A DNA stretch of 64,000 nucleotides from Octopus vulgaris. Lineage: Eukaryota. Every line of letters starts with the position of its first letter. Within the stretch, counting starts at the first letter, position 1. The notes beneath the pieces were generated by a model. It had not been told where the DNA came from. It saw only the letters and a program-made list of their open reading frames with translations, and did no database searches. Shown one piece after another: positions 38,550 through 53,590 of this stretch. Position numbers and translations under genes: made by a program. The stretch is from assembly GCA_951406725.2 (NCBI GenBank), contig OX597817.1, forward strand, positions 120,466,001-120,530,000, written 5' to 3'.

Positions 38550-39295
38550 ATACATGCACACACACACAAATACATACATGTAAAGATATACATATATAAT
38601 GTGTATACGTGCATACACACACACACACATATATATATGTATATGCATATATATATATATATATATACATATATGCATACACACACACACATATATATGT
38701 CATAGTGCACCTGAGGTATGGTATACAACAAGTTCATTTTATATACTCAGATGTGCTCAAACATACTTACATAAAGACATTCATTCATACATGCAAAGTA
38801 TATATTTATATACACTCCAAACATATATATTTATATACAGTATATACATATATATATGTGTGTGTATACATATATATATATATAGTGTATGTGACTGTAT
38901 ATAAATATATATATACGAATATAGGTCTTTAAGCATATGTGTGCATATGTGTATACATACATATATACATCCATGCGAAAACGTAGATGCATGCACACAC
39001 TATAAGGTGTGCAACATATGCAGATAACCACTAGAAGCTTTTCTATCTGCTGACTTTATTTTCATAACACTGTTACCTTTTCCTATTTTATCTCTTTTGC
39101 TCATATTTACATTCGTAGGCGTGAATTTGTATGCATGTGTGTAAATGCATGAGTATGTATGCATGTATATATATATATATATATATACACATACATAAAT
39201 ATACATATAAACACACATACATATATATATATATTTATATATATATATATTATATATATATATATATACATACATACATAAATATACATATACAC

Positions 39296-39332
<37 letters not shown>

Positions 39333-39800
39333 GCCTATACATATTGACTTGTGTGCTGAATCCAATCCCCTGCTTAGTTCTGGCTGAACCTTATAAATTT
39401 TTCCACATGTCTTTCTTTCACCACATTAATTCTACTTCTTCTCCTTTTTGCTTTATTCTCTGCCTTCATCTCTTTCTGCTCAATTTGACTTGTGATCTTC
39501 AACTCTTTATGATCCGTACTCTTTGCCTGCCTACCTGCCTGCCTGCTTACTTCATTACTGTTGTCTCCCTCAACACCTATAAATACGACTGCACTACAAT
39601 ATTAAGTAACAAACCAGAGAGAGAGAGAGAGTATTTACATGGCCATTCAGGTAGCTAGAAATAGCAACCAAATCCCTTTTAAATCATGCATTATCTCTTG
39701 AGAAAACAGAAAAATTTTTGGGATAATGTAGGCCTCAAAAATAAAAGGTGATAACCATAGATAGAATATATTTGATCACAGGTCTGCTTGACTAGGGTAT

Positions 39801-40060
39801 AAGATAAATAAATGCACCCTTTTAAAGCCTAGCCAGGCTCATGGACCCAGTTTCCCAGTTTCTATGGTGTATGTGTTCCCCAGCTGGATGGAACGCCAGT
39901 CCATCGCAGCGTTACTCATTTTTGCCAGCTGAGTGGACTGGAGCAACATGAAATGCAGTATTTAGCTCAAGAACAAAACGAGTCGCCCGGTCCAGTAATT
40001 GAAACCACAATCTTACGATCATGATGCTGACACTCTAACCACTAAGCCATGCACCTCCAC
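39801..40060 (-). mobile_element. SINE family D, full length
   Basis: 12-bp target duplication TGACTAGGGTAT at 39789-39800 and 40061-40072. Confidence 0.92.
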
Positions 40061-41776
40061 TGACTAGGGTATGATGTGAGGTTAAAAATTAACAATGCCA
40101 ACTTCTCTTCATTTCTTTATAAATAACTTGTCAATGCTGCTTGAAATGTTAGCAATTCTATCAGCTAACATTCACACACATTCACACACAGTCTTATTCT
40201 GTTTTATGAATATTGTTACCTTGATCTCACTTCCTCTCTTACTCACTGAAGCATCAACCATTACTAGTCCTGTTAATTTTTTTTTTTTTTTGTTTTTAAC
40301 TTCACTTTCCATATATAATTATAGTCAAAGGCAGTAACGCTGGCACAAATAGCATAACATTGTAATTGCTTTCTAAGTTAAATAATAAGACTTTCAAGAA
40401 TATTATAACAAGCAAATCATTTTTATTTTAAGATTTATTTATTTATTTTTATCTAATTTACTTAAATATTATTGTTCTATAACTTCAATATTTCCCACAA
40501 ATCTTTTGGGGGAAAAGGTTAAAAAAAAATGAATAAAATGTAAGGGAACAAATCGATGTGGATTAAAAAGTCCAAACCTTTAGGGAAATCAGTGAAAAGA
40601 TCATAATTTAAAGCTAAAGAAAATTCATCTGAAGGATACAATTGTACGAAATATGCTTCATTTCTTAACAGAAAGAAAAAAAAATGAGGTAAAAAGGAAA
40701 AAATAACAGAACAGATTTAAGAAAACTTAAAAAATAAAATTGGTCTCTTTATAAATTAGGACCCTACAGGTAGTATTTCAATTGATTTATAAATGTTCTT
40801 GTTGCTAGTGCTTGATAATTAATATTACATAATACTAGGACAATGAGCAGGCAGGCCATGTATTGTTGAACAATAGTCTCTATTTATTTATGTATTCACT
40901 TCTTCTATTTACACAAATGCAATTTCAATTAGAAAACAGCAGGAAAAATTCAGCACTATGAAGAAAATTAGATATAATGAAGTAGAAAAAGAAAATGTAA
41001 TAATAATAATAATAGCAATAATAGCAATAATAGCAATAACCCTTGTCAAACTGATGAAGCTATGACATTGAACATGTAATAATAGGAGGACTGTAGCATA
41101 GATTGTGTAAGAGCAACAAAGGATTACAAAAAGGTTAAAAGAAAATTTTTAAATAGGAAAATAAAAAAAGGAAAAGAAATAGAAATTCAAAAAAGCTTTT
41201 CAAAAATAGACACCTGTGACTTTTTCTAGCCAATCAAAACACAGCACTATAGTTCTAAATATTTCATCTGCTTAAAGAATGTCCATGAAATGTTATTTTG
41301 CCTTAAATGAATCTCAAGAAACGTCATGATTTCGCTGATTCTTTTAACATGAAAGAAAAGTAAAATGATTGAACGGTTAAAAATACATAAATTTCAATAA
41401 ATCTAATAAACAAATAGACTGGAAATCATGCACACATACATTTGCACCGACAATCACACTCATATTCACACATTACCACCTCCACTTCCTCTTCCTCCTC
41501 CTCCTCCTCCTCATCATCATCATCATCGTCATCGTCATCATCATCATCATCTCATACCTCCTGCCTTTTTAAGGTTATTATTGTACATCGAACATAGTTA
41601 AAGTAAGCGATTGTTGATAGACACCTGGTTATTTTGAATATATTTGCGGTGATCTTTCAAATGATGTGCATACAATGAATGATTACAAAGTAGAAGAGAG
41701 TGAGTGAAAGAAACCAAAAGACACATCAAGGATAAATATTGCACCATGCTTCAAACTTCATACAATTACTTCTCAA

Positions 41777-42370
<594 letters not shown>

Positions 42371-43752
42371 AAGTGAGTGGACAAATGAAAGAATGTGGAA
42401 CTGAACATGCTTGGTAAGAGCTTTTTGTTTAATAACAGTTTGACTCAACTCCATGTAACTTTAAGTTTCATAGGCTCATAGAATGAATCTAGTTCAAGTA
42501 TTTAGAGATCAAATAATAGGAAATGAGATAAATTGGCTTCTAGATGTTAGGCCCTTATTGGTCAACACAGATCACATGGTGTTTGGAAGTGACATCAGTT
42601 CTTATACATACATGCATACATACATACATACATACATACATTCATACATACATACATACATAGATGCATAGATGCATATATAATAGAATTTAGTAAACTA
42701 AATTCCACTTAAAGGTCAACAATATGATGTTAAAATAGAAGACACTAAGGCATTTCCCCAGATGCAAAGCAGATTCCTTACTTAATCACATACTCATCTC
42801 AGGTTAGCCCTGGTTGAGATGATCTATATGATAAAAAATGTTTCAGCTATGAACCTCACATCTTTTTGCACACTAGAGATTACTTTGTCCAATGCAGCCT
42901 TTTTTATTTAAAGGTCTCTAGCATGATTGGAGGAAGATTTGACTATCATTTCCAACAGGTCAAACAAATGTGAAGGAACAGCTGTGCTGCAGTCAGTGTG
43001 GTATGCAATGTATCAGCTGAATCCAAGACAGCCAGGTCATTTGAACAGTAGCATAGAAGAATCTTTACAATTCCTGTACACTACATTTACCAATTACATA
43101 TTATGTCAAGATGCCCAGATGTGATCAAACTATGAAACAATATCCAATTATTTCTGTATAAAACTGTCATCTGGCATAAACTACTTAAGCTTGTTATGGT
43201 GTGTGAAATTGCAACCTGAATCAGTTGACTAATTTTGGGAAGTGCAGATTGCTGTCTTCTCTATTTCCATTCCTAGTGTAATTTAATTCCAAGCATTTCA
43301 AGCACACATGTGCATGTGTACGCACACACACATGCACACATACATGCGCACACACATACACACACACACACACAGAGGCACAAACACACATAATTCTTTA
43401 TGATACTTATTGAGCAGACCTGTGTTCAAATACATTCCTCTCATGACCAACCATTCTTTCTCTCTATCTTAATACCATATTATCCAATGTATACTTGGTT
43501 TCTTTACTCTGATAGATTATGTGTGCTTTGAGGGAGATTTGGCTGTTATTTCTATCAGGTTGAGTGATCATGGAGAAATTTTCCTCTTCTCTTTGCATAG
43601 TAGAAGTGAGCATAACTGTTATTGGTTAACACTCATTTCATCTCTGATCTCATGGATCAATGATCAAAGCCCCCACCACCACCACCACCACCAAATAAGA
43701 CTATGTCATCTTTTTAAAACAGTTTATTTAGGAGTGCATTATCTAGTGTGTC

Positions 43753-44085
43753 GTGAAGATGCATGACTCAGTGGTTAGAGTGTCTGGCTCACAATCATGA
43801 GGTAGTGAGTTTGATTCCAAGACAGGGCTGTGTGTTGTGTTGTGGAGCAAGACACTTTACTTCATGTCGCTCCAGTTCACTCAGCTTTAGAAATGGGTTG
43901 TGACATCACTGGTGCCAAGTTGTATCGTTTTTACCTTTCTCTTGTATAACATCAGTGGCATAGAGGGGTGAGGCTGGTATGCATGTGCAACTGTTGGTCT
44001 TCCATAAACCACATTACCTGGACTTGTATCTTGGAGGGGAACTTTCTAGGTGTAATGCCATGGTCATTCATGACCAAAGGAGGTT
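43753..44085 (+). mobile_element. tRNA-derived SINE with a family D-like head and a different 3' part
   Basis: CTCAGTGGTTAGAGTGT..GTTTGATTCC..GAGCAAGACACTTTACTTCA..GCTCCAGTTCACTCAGCT. Confidence 0.75.
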
Positions 44086-44227
44086 CTTCTATCCAGCATG
44101 TATTCCTCTTATTTAAGATTGTAGTGTGTGATTTAAGGAAAATTTAGATGCTATTTTTCATACATCAAGCATCTCTGTAGAAGCTTTCTTGTTAGCTTTT
44201 GAGAATATAGCAACTTTGTATATATCT

Positions 44228-44430
44228 TTTATCTTTTACTTGCTTCAGTTATTGGATTACAGCCATACTGGAGCACCACCTAGAAGAGTCTTAGTGAAAC
44301 AGATCAACCTAAGTACCAATTCTTTAAAGCCTGGTACTTATTCTATCAGTCTCTTATACCACACTGCTAGTTATGAGGACATAAACTAACTGAAACCAAT
44401 CGGTGGGGACAAACACAAACTCAATTACAC
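44228..44430 (-). mobile_element. SINE family A, 3' half
   Basis: TTTTACTTGCTTCAGT..CTGGAGCACC..GGTACTTATTCTATC. Confidence 0.7.
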
Positions 44431-44459
44431 ACACACTCCCCCTCTACACTTATATATAT

Positions 44460-44642
44460 ATGGAGCATTATTAATTCAGACATATTTTTTCTCTCTCTTT
44501 CAATCTGTTTTCATTCCTCATTCCTTCCTATAGAAGAACATAGGCTCGAAATGTCAAAGACTTCAGTTTTTCCTGCTTGTAAAACTGTTACAGCCTGTGT
44601 GTTCTTTCACCTGTCATTGTTCTTTGTATAATTTTTTGAACC
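44460..44642 (+). mobile_element. Penelope-like terminal fragment (same family as 6210-6380)
   Basis: CCTATAGAAGAACATAGGCTCGAAATGTCAAAGAC, then a T-rich tail running into (TA)n. Confidence 0.55.
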
Positions 44643-44693
44643 ATATATATATATATATATACATACATACATATATATACACACACACACACA

Positions 44694-45384
44694 CAGGTTG
44701 CAATAGGTAAATTGTTCCCATTTTATATTTTTAATTTCATGCATGCACATTGTTTTTGATTTTGTTGATTACACAGTGTAGATGGGGCAGTTGGGCACCG
44801 TCTTTGAGAAAAACAGTACCATGACATAATTCACTCTGCCAGAAATTTGGAAATAATATACTGTTCTGCTTGGCATTCATGCTGGAAGGCTCCAATACGA
44901 GAGTGATAAAAATCAAGCATCCAGTCAACATCATAGTGTTTGGAGGGATCACTATTGATGGTGACATTATGCCTCCATTCATTTTCCCACACCACCTCAG
45001 ACTCAACACGGAGACCTACATCAAGTGCCTGGAGGAGGTAGTGCTGCCCTGGGTCAAGTGGGTGGCTGCTGGAGGACCTTATGTCTGTCAACAGGACTCT
45101 GCACTATGCCACACAAGCAGGAGAACCCAATCATGGTTGTCAGATAATTTCTTCGACCAGATCACCCCTAACATCTTATCACCTAACTTCCCAGACAGCA
45201 ACCCCCTTGATTATCATGTGTAAGGGACAGTTGGACAAGAGACCAATGAAACTTCTTGTAACACCAAAGACTAACTGAAGGCAAGGATTATGGCAGCATT
45301 CACCAACTTAAACAAGGGTACCATCCAGAAGAGTTGCAGGAGAGTCCAAAGCCAATGGTAATTTTATTGAATAAATTTAATATT
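44694..45384 (+). mobile_element. Internally deleted Tc1/mariner transposon, DD37D (maT) type
   Basis: ORF 44870-45223: KHPVNIIVFGGIT..QQDSALCH..PDSNPLDY with 37 residues between the last two Asp. The HTH and first Asp are missing, there is a premature stop, and no right TIR was found. Confidence 0.85.
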
Positions 45385-45512
45385 ACTTGTTTCAGTAATT
45401 TGACTGCGGCCATGCTATTGTAGCGGACATTACTGAAGGTGCCATGCAGTGGAACTGAACTCAAAGCCACATAGTTGGGAAACAAATTTTTTACCACACC
45501 ACCACACCAGCA
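45385..45512 (-). mobile_element. SINE family A, head fused to tail (internally deleted)
   Basis: ACTTGTTTCAGT..GACTGCGGCCATGCT joined to AAGGTGCCATGCAGTGGAACTGAAC..TTACCACAC. Confidence 0.75.
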
Positions 45513-46889
45513 CTTTTTTTGTAAATAATGGTTAATGATAATTTACAATTAGTGTTAGTAGCAGCCATGGTGGTAGTGATGGTGAGGGTGGTTGTTGTAA
45601 CGATTGTGATGATGGCTGGGGAATGAATAAATAAACTTTATTAATTAATGATTTTTGTATTAGCGTTTTTATTATGATCAAATGTGCCATTGAGAAATGT
45701 TCTTGAAAGAAATCTTGTAGACTCACTCACTACGCAAGCATTAGGCTATTATATTTTTTGTTGTGTTTTGGATTGGGTTTTTTTTCTTTTTATTCAATAC
45801 ATTTGCCATGAAGAAGTAAATATTAGCCAAGAGAAAATAAATTGTTAAACAATTAGATATTATCGATTCATTAAATTCCTTGTCAGGACAGTTGGTTCTG
45901 TAAATGAAACACCAGTTTCTTTCCATATAATGAAAATTAAGGTAGCATTAATCAAAGACATTTAGATAGATAAATGTTTCCTAAAGAAAATCAATCTCTA
46001 TAGAACTGTTAAGAAACACTAGCAACCAAATTATATATATATATATTTTTATTTTTTTCAAGTGAAACCTGAAGAATATTCTTCTCACCTGAAGTGATAG
46101 AAATTATTGTATTTAGACAGATTTCCTCGATAGTTTCAATATAATATATATTGACAGAAGCCAGGTAAGTTTAAAATGATGATATCTCTCTTATCTCTCT
46201 ATCCTTCTCAGTTTCCTCCTCTCCCTATTTCTTTGCTTTTTGTTCAAATAAATTTCTTCGCAATATTTTTTTCATATAAAATTTGTTTAAAGATTTTTAT
46301 TATTATTTGAGTGATGATTTACATAAAATTCATTGGAAAATATTAATTATTCCAAGACGTCTAAATGTTACTATTTTCACTTGTAAAGAACATACAAATT
46401 AATTTTTTATATATGTATATATATATATCATTTTATTTTATTTTATCTTACTTTTTTTTTTCATTACTAATTAACTCTGTGAAATGAAATATAACATTTT
46501 ATAATATTCATTTTTAATATTGTGAAATTAATCTAAATAGTGCATTAAATTAAGTAAAATAAGGATGTTTAGTTTCATTTTAGTTTTGCAATACCCAAGA
46601 CATTTCTCTAAAAATGATAAGTTCTTTGTGACTACTTTTACAACCTAATGGAACTGCTTTTATTTTAGTAAGATGTAGTAGAGTTTCTGGCAATCACTTT
46701 GTTCATTTGATAGCAGTTTTATCAGACAGAATAAGATGCCAGTGTATAGGCTGGATATTTCAATTAAAACATTATTTCTTGGAGGTTATCCAAGTCTATC
46801 TCACTACACAAAAGAAAAAATAAAAGAAACGAAAAGAACAATAAGGAGATAGTACTATATTGTTTCAGTCAGGCTCTCCAGTGACTAAG

Positions 46890-47074
46890 AGAAAAGAGAG
46901 AGAGAGAGGTGAGAGAGAGAGAGAGAGGTGAGAGAGAGAGGTGAGAGAGAGAGAGAGAGGTGAGAGAGAGAGAGAGAGAAAGAGAAGGAGAGTGAAGGAA
47001 TATAGTGGGAAAAATTGAGTAGGAGAATAGAAAGAACAGAATGAAAGAGATGGACAAACAGACAAATAGATAGG

Positions 47075-47131
<57 letters not shown>

Positions 47132-47398
47132 TGATAGATAAAGAGAGAGATAAACAGATATACAGATAGTTAGATAGACAAACAGACAGAAAGATATATA
47201 TATATATATATATATGTATATAGATAGATAGATGTAGATAGATGGGAGGATGGAAAAAGTAGATTTGATTGATATAGGAAAGTGAAAACGTAGGGAGGAC
47301 ATGAAAAAGAAAAAGTAAAATGCAAAGTTAAAGAGAAAAAAGAGAAGTGAAGAAAATGAGAAAACTAAGAGAGATACAGCAGCATCTGTAGCATCTGT

Positions 47399-47459
<61 letters not shown>

Positions 47460-47561
47460 AGCACGTAGTACTGTACTACTGTAGTAGTATTACAGTACTT
47501 TTTGTAACAAACCAAAGATTTTTGGTAGCAATTCAATTGACAGAAAGAGTTAGATAGTTAA

Positions 47562-47630
<69 letters not shown>

Positions 47631-47835
47631 CAGCCAAATGGATTGGTAGACAGATAGATAAACAGACAGATGGATGGACAGATAGATAGATAGATAGATA
47701 AATAAATAGTTAGTTAGACAGACAGACAGACAGAAAGACAAACAGATAAATAGATAGATAGAAAGATAGATAGACAGACAGCTAAGTGGATTGATAGATA
47801 GATAGTCAGAGAGACAAACAGACAGATGGACGGAC

Positions 47836-47891
<56 letters not shown>

Positions 47892-47913
47892 TGATAGATT
47901 GATAGATAGATAG

Positions 47914-47952
<39 letters not shown>

Positions 47953-48020
47953 GAGACAGAGAGAAAGACAAGCAGATAGAGTGGGATAGAGAGATGAAGA
48001 GAGAGGAAGAGAGAGGGAGA
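46890..48020. repeat. Purine-rich low-complexity block: (GA)nGGT units, (GATA)n/(GACA)n, (GCA)n(GTA)n
   Basis: Directly visible tandem tracts. Confidence 0.95.
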
Positions 48021-48398
48021 GAAAGCGAGAAACTCACAATTAGATACACCAGGAGAAAACTATTAAATAATGAATTGTACAAAACATGATTAAATATGTC
48101 AGGTTGATTGATAGCCAAATAATTTAGAAAGAGGACACTAATAAACCTGATTGAAAGATTTCTGTGATTTTGTTTGCCAAGAGAATACATAGAAAATGGT
48201 ACTATTGACAAAAATTGTTTTGCTTCATTTAATGTTGTTGCAGCTGTTATTATTTTGCATTTTATTCCTTTAAATCTATAAAGTAAAAGAGGTGTAGAAA
48301 TACTGTCCTAGTTTAACCCCCAAATAAACTGACACTGCACTTCCAAGCTTGCACACACACATACACACGTGCCTGCTTGACACTCTCACATATATGTA

Positions 48399-48543
<145 letters not shown>

Positions 48544-48748
48544 GTATATATATATGGTGATTCTCCAAAACAAAATGAAAATGCTTAATAAATAATTATC
48601 CCAAAATTCTGACTACCTCTTTTATCTTAATATATAAAATCTGTACCGAACTTCAAGCAATCTATACATTCAGTCATACGTACATACATACACACATACA
48701 TTCACACATACATACATACATACATACATACATACATACATACATACA

Positions 48749-48780
<32 letters not shown>

Positions 48781-49172
48781 CACACAAAAAACTATTAAAA
48801 CAATGATGATGATGATGATGATGACAACGACAACACTGATGATAATGATGATGATGAGGAAATATATGTATTTCACATAGATCATGTGCTCAGCAACCCA
48901 GCACCTGAAGCTCAAGGCTACTATGCCTTGTGAAACCAATGTGTACACCACTAAAAAAAAAATAAATAAATTCATTGTATGAGGATAAATGAAGATGTTT
49001 GGTTCTGCAAATAGAGACTTGAACTCTGGCCCTATAAGTTTACAAGAGACTTGCTGATTTTATAAGTAGCAAACATTAGTTGCTGTTCCTAGTCCAGAGC
49101 CCAAACTTAGAATATGAAGAAGGAGGATCAATGTCAGGTTGATGATACATCAGGATCCTCCTGAAGATTTAA

Positions 49173-49916
49173 CCATTTAACATTCAGATTACATTGTCAA
49201 ATGCAATGCTTATTTATTCACATTGTTTTCAATTAATCCTGCATTACCTTATAGCTTTGAGATTTCAAGAATGTCAGTATTGGTTAGCATGGTGGGAGGC
49301 CAATACTGAGGTTCTGTCTTGTGCTGGCCTCCCCACCATGCTCACCTTGCTAAGACAATGTCGGCTGCACTGGCTTGGCCACGTTCGCCATATGGAGGAT
49401 GGTCGGATCCCAAAGGATGTCCTCTTCGGAGAGCTTGTCGCAGGGTGGAGAAACATTAACCACCCAAAGCTGAGGTACAGGGACGTGTGCAGGAGGGATA
49501 TAAAGGCACTAGGCATCAACACCAATTCCTGGGAGGATCTCACAGCCAACCAAACCAGCTGGAGAGTCACTCTTCACAAACAACTGCAGACCAGCGAGGA
49601 GAAATTGAGGGTGGTGGCAGCTGAAAACCGAGCCCACAGAAAAGAAATGACAGCCAATAGACCGGATTCAACGAATAGGTGTGACCGCTGCAAATGAGGC
49701 TGCCACTCTCGCATCAGTCTCTACAGCCACAGGATGCATTGCAAAAACTAAATAGACAACTCAAAGGACGGATGACATCGTTCATGGTCAGCCATGACCG
49801 ACAGAGGCCCCAAGAAGAGATTTCAATGATGTGATAGTTTACTTTTAGAATGTCATTGTAAGATAGGTGTGAGTAGAACATGTAGGCCAGGTATTACTGG
49901 TTTAAATGTTAACGGG
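49173..49916. mobile_element. TTAA MITE family M1, interrupted by an RTE LINE
   Basis: TTAA at 49169-49172 and 49917-49920; the halves match 15207-15672. Confidence 0.8.
49275..49816 (+). mobile_element. 5'-truncated RTE (BovB-like) LINE
   Basis: NTEVL..RLHWLGHVRHMEDGRIPKDVLFGEL..PKLRYRDVCRRD..CDRCK*GCHSRISLYSHRMHC (C-terminal zinc finger relic); AAGAAG tail; duplication GAGATTTCAA at 49259-49268 and 49817-49826. Confidence 0.92.
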
Positions 49917-50819
49917 TTAAAACATCTTATGGCATGAGCATAAAACCAAAGAGATTTATGGACACATTCCATCTGTCCTTACTATTGTTGTTCAATACAG
50001 AAATAAGCTTTTTAGTCAGAACTGTTAAGGCTGAATGATAGGCCATGTCAGTTGTTATAGTTTAGAAACTTCCACACCTTAATAAAGAAGAAAGACCACT
50101 CAATTTCAATTACATTGATGCTACTAACAGAGATTCTGTCAACATGAAGCTGAGGACCTATCAAAACTAATAGGTGAACAAAGATTTCTGGTATGAGGTT
50201 GTGGAATGCATCTTGGCTGCAACCACTTGAAGAAGTTGTTCCAACCCTGCATTACATGTTTACAACTTATTAGATTCAGGTACCTGAGAATGGAGTATTT
50301 GAATCATGTATTCAGTGCATCAAAGGATGCAGACAGTTGACTTCATGGTTGACTCATCAAGTATATTTAATTAACTCTTTAATAACTTGGATCAGTGGAG
50401 AAGTTATTCATTTCAAGAGGTAACAATATAGCACTGATATACATTGGTAAACTAGTGAGTTGCTATATATTTATGTCAGAATTTCAGATTTAGTTTTTTC
50501 AATCAGTAAACTAAACCATACAACATAACAAAGGTTACTTTGTTGTATAGCTATTGTATTTTCTACTTATTTAGAAAAAGACAGCCACTCTCCTACAAAA
50601 CTATTTCTAAACTTCTTTATGCCAATCCATACTGTTTCGAAGAAGTGTTCTATAAGATTTATGGCTGTGAAATGATCAAGAATAAAAGGAAAAAAAAAAA
50701 ACCAAAACATGATATTTTGGTAAATATATAAAAAAACAAATCAAACATATCTTACAAAATGTTCTCTAACTTTTTTAAGCTATGCAATACTTTTAATCAG
50801 AAAAAAAAAAACCTTTCAT

Positions 50820-50910
50820 AATGATGATGATGATGATGATAAATTATTATTATTATTATTATTATTATTGGTGGTGTTGTTTTTGTTGTTGCTGTTGTTA
50901 TTGTTGTTGC

Positions 50911-50943
<33 letters not shown>

Positions 50944-51237
50944 CATAATCTTCTGTGATCCATCATTGATGTTCTGGCAGCAGTGTAGCAATAAATAACC
51001 ATGTTATGAGATACACATTCTTAAAGTAGTAGTAAATAAATAGCCAGTGAGAAAATAAATGAATAAATAAGAGTTCGGTATTAGATTCAAAAAGTACAGG
51101 AAATACTATTATTATTATCATCATTATCATCATTAGCAACATCATCATCATCATTATTATTATTGTTATTATCATTATCCTTATGATTACTGTTAATAAT
51201 AATAATGATGATGATGATGATAGTAATAATAATAATG

Positions 51238-51271
<34 letters not shown>

Positions 51272-51305
51272 CAACAAAACAACAATAATAATATTAATAA
51301 TAATG

Positions 51306-51361
<56 letters not shown>
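50820..51361. repeat. (TGA)/(TTA)/(TTG) and (AAT)n trinucleotide microsatellite cluster
   Basis: Directly visible. Confidence 0.95.
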
Positions 51362-51362
<1 letters not shown>

Positions 51363-52253
51363 TATCTTGAAAAAAATCATCATTTCAAAGCATTGTTCTT
51401 TGGCAAAAAAATTTTTTTCACCCACCCTTTGCTGAATAGGAACCATCTTCTCAAAAATAATAGTTACTACTGAAAAATAATTTTTCCATTAATGAAAACT
51501 TTCGTGATTATCTTTATTACTCCACTCGTTATTTCCATCAATTTAATTAGAAGGAAAATCCCATAATCATTTACCATGCAGTTAGAAATTTTGATGGCAA
51601 TTTCTTCTGGGTTTTTCTTGGCAAATAAGCTAATATTGCTGAATGTAATACTTTTTGGTAAAAAAAGAAAAACCATAGTAAAAACAGAAAAGTAAGGAAA
51701 AAAAGAAAAGCCCATTTATATCATTTTTGGCAAAAGTTTACTTTCTGATGAAATTAAGTTTCTACTAATGTAACATTTAATATACGTACTATTAATTAGA
51801 TTAATTTATTCAGAAGTTCATCAGTGCATAAAGTAATGGCAATACTAAAGCAAACAGGTAGTCTTTGGTAAAAGAAATTTGTTTATGACAATTTTGCAAT
51901 GAGGTTTCTGACATGGAAATTTCAAGCAACTAATTATTGTGAATTTTGTATAAAAACTACTACCATAACTGATTTCTGAATTAATTTGCTAGGTTAGTAG
52001 TATAAACCATCCTGTAATTGATAGATGACCTTATAGAGATAAAATATTAGTTTTGAAATAGCATAAAAGATATTCATAGACCAAGATATCACTGTGGGAT
52101 TAAGAAGCACACTTTGCAACCACATGGTTTTGGGTCCTCTGCCACAGCACCTCAGCCACTAGCTTGCTTGTGAGTAAATTTCATAAATGATATGGAAATT
52201 TATTGTGTGTGTGTATATGCATAAGGTAATGTGGTTTCTTTGTTGTAGTTTAA

Positions 52254-52490
52254 TTAATGATGTAAATGTTTAATCCTACCTAGAATTAAGAGTGAATGAA
52301 TGTGGTGATATCTAAGGTGTGTTTGTTCCCAGACATCACTTATTTTGGTGCTATTGACATCGCCAGATTGAGTGGTACTGCCCAGATGTCGAAACCATAG
52401 TGATATCCGTGGGGCAGCTGATGATAGAGGTGTGTTGGATTTTTGGTATGGCTGATATTGTATGTATGGAATAGCTTTAAAAGACATCCA
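52254..52490 (-). mobile_element. Possible Penelope-like RT remnant
   Basis: The peptide QYQPYQKSNTPL resembles the Y.PY.KPN..PLY motif recalled from Penelope/Poseidon RT C-terminal regions. Only one short motif supports this. Confidence 0.3.
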
Positions 52491-52519
52491 TTTGATTTAC
52501 ATATAAATATATTTATATA

Positions 52520-52710
52520 GTGCCAGTGGCACGTAAAAAGCACCCACTACACTCACAGAGTTGTTGGCATTAGGAAGGGCATCAGCTGTAGAAACACTGC
52601 CAGCTCAGACTGGGGCCTGGTGCAGCCTCCTGGCTTCCCAGACCCCGGTCGAACCATCCAACCTGTGCTAGCATGGGAAACACGGACGTTAAACGATGAT
52701 GATGATGGTG
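52520..52710 (+). mobile_element. SINE family B
   Basis: GTTGGCATTAGGAAGGGCATC..GGACGTTAAACGATGATGATG. Confidence 0.88.
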
Positions 52711-52769
52711 GTATATGTAACTATATGTGTATATGTATGCATGCATATATATGTATATATACATGTGTG

Positions 52770-52990
52770 TTTCTCTTTGTCTTTGTATTAGTGTGTGTCC
52801 CCCACCACTGCTTGACAATTGTTGTTAGTGCATTTATGTCCCTGTAACTTAGTGAATCAGCAAAGAGACTGACAAAACAAGTACAAGACTTTAAAAAAAA
52901 TAAGTACTAGGGTTGATTCATGCAACTAAAAACTCTTCAAAGAACTGCTCCAGCATGGCCACCATCTAATGGCTGAAAAATGTAAAAGAT
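52770..52990 (+). mobile_element. SINE family A, 3' half
   Basis: TGTCCCCCACCACTGCTTGACAA..GCTCCAGCATGGCCA. Confidence 0.75.
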
Positions 52991-53024
52991 ACTAATTTTG
53001 CAATACAGTAATCCATACAAAGCA

Positions 53025-53215
53025 TGGTTTTGAATTTAGGTACAAGACCAGCAATCCTGAGGGAAGGAGGTAGTCAATGTCACTGATCCCCAGTATATAA
53101 CTGGTATATTATTTTTCCAACCCTGGAGGGATGAAAGACACAGTTGAACTCAGAATGTAAAGAGCTGGAGTAAATATTGCAAGACATTTATTCTGATGCT
53201 CTAACGATTCTGCTA
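53025..53215 (-). mobile_element. SINE family E, older copy
   Basis: GGGATGAAAG..TTGAACTCAGAATGTAAAG..CTAACGATTCTGC. Confidence 0.7.
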
Positions 53216-53527
53216 AATATAAATAACAAATACACAAATGCACTGAGACATTAGATGCATGCAAGTTTTTTCAGATTTCTTTGTTGTTTGGTTCATTGTT
53301 AAGCCATTACGTCTTTGTAGGGCTGCTTTCATAGAATGAGAATTATTAAACAGGCATTCCATGTGAAGATGAACTTGTATTAAACATCCTCTCCATTACT
53401 ATGGCAGAAATTTCAAATGTAGTTACATGTTGCTGTGATATAATATCCATTTGTTTATACTTTCTTCCTCTCCCATTTTGCCATGGTGTTATGGCAGCAG
53501 TCATCTGTTTTCTTCCTGTTTCAATTT

Positions 53528-53590
<63 letters not shown>

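Noticed and set aside
50131-50190. 60-nt open segment between TACTAACAG and GTATGA
   Set aside because: There is no polypyrimidine tract and no recognisable peptide; a chance match is likely.
52330-52410. GACATC..GATGTC-GAAAC hairpin as another hammerhead
   Set aside because: There is no CUGANGA before the stem and no GUH-type stem III after GAAAC.
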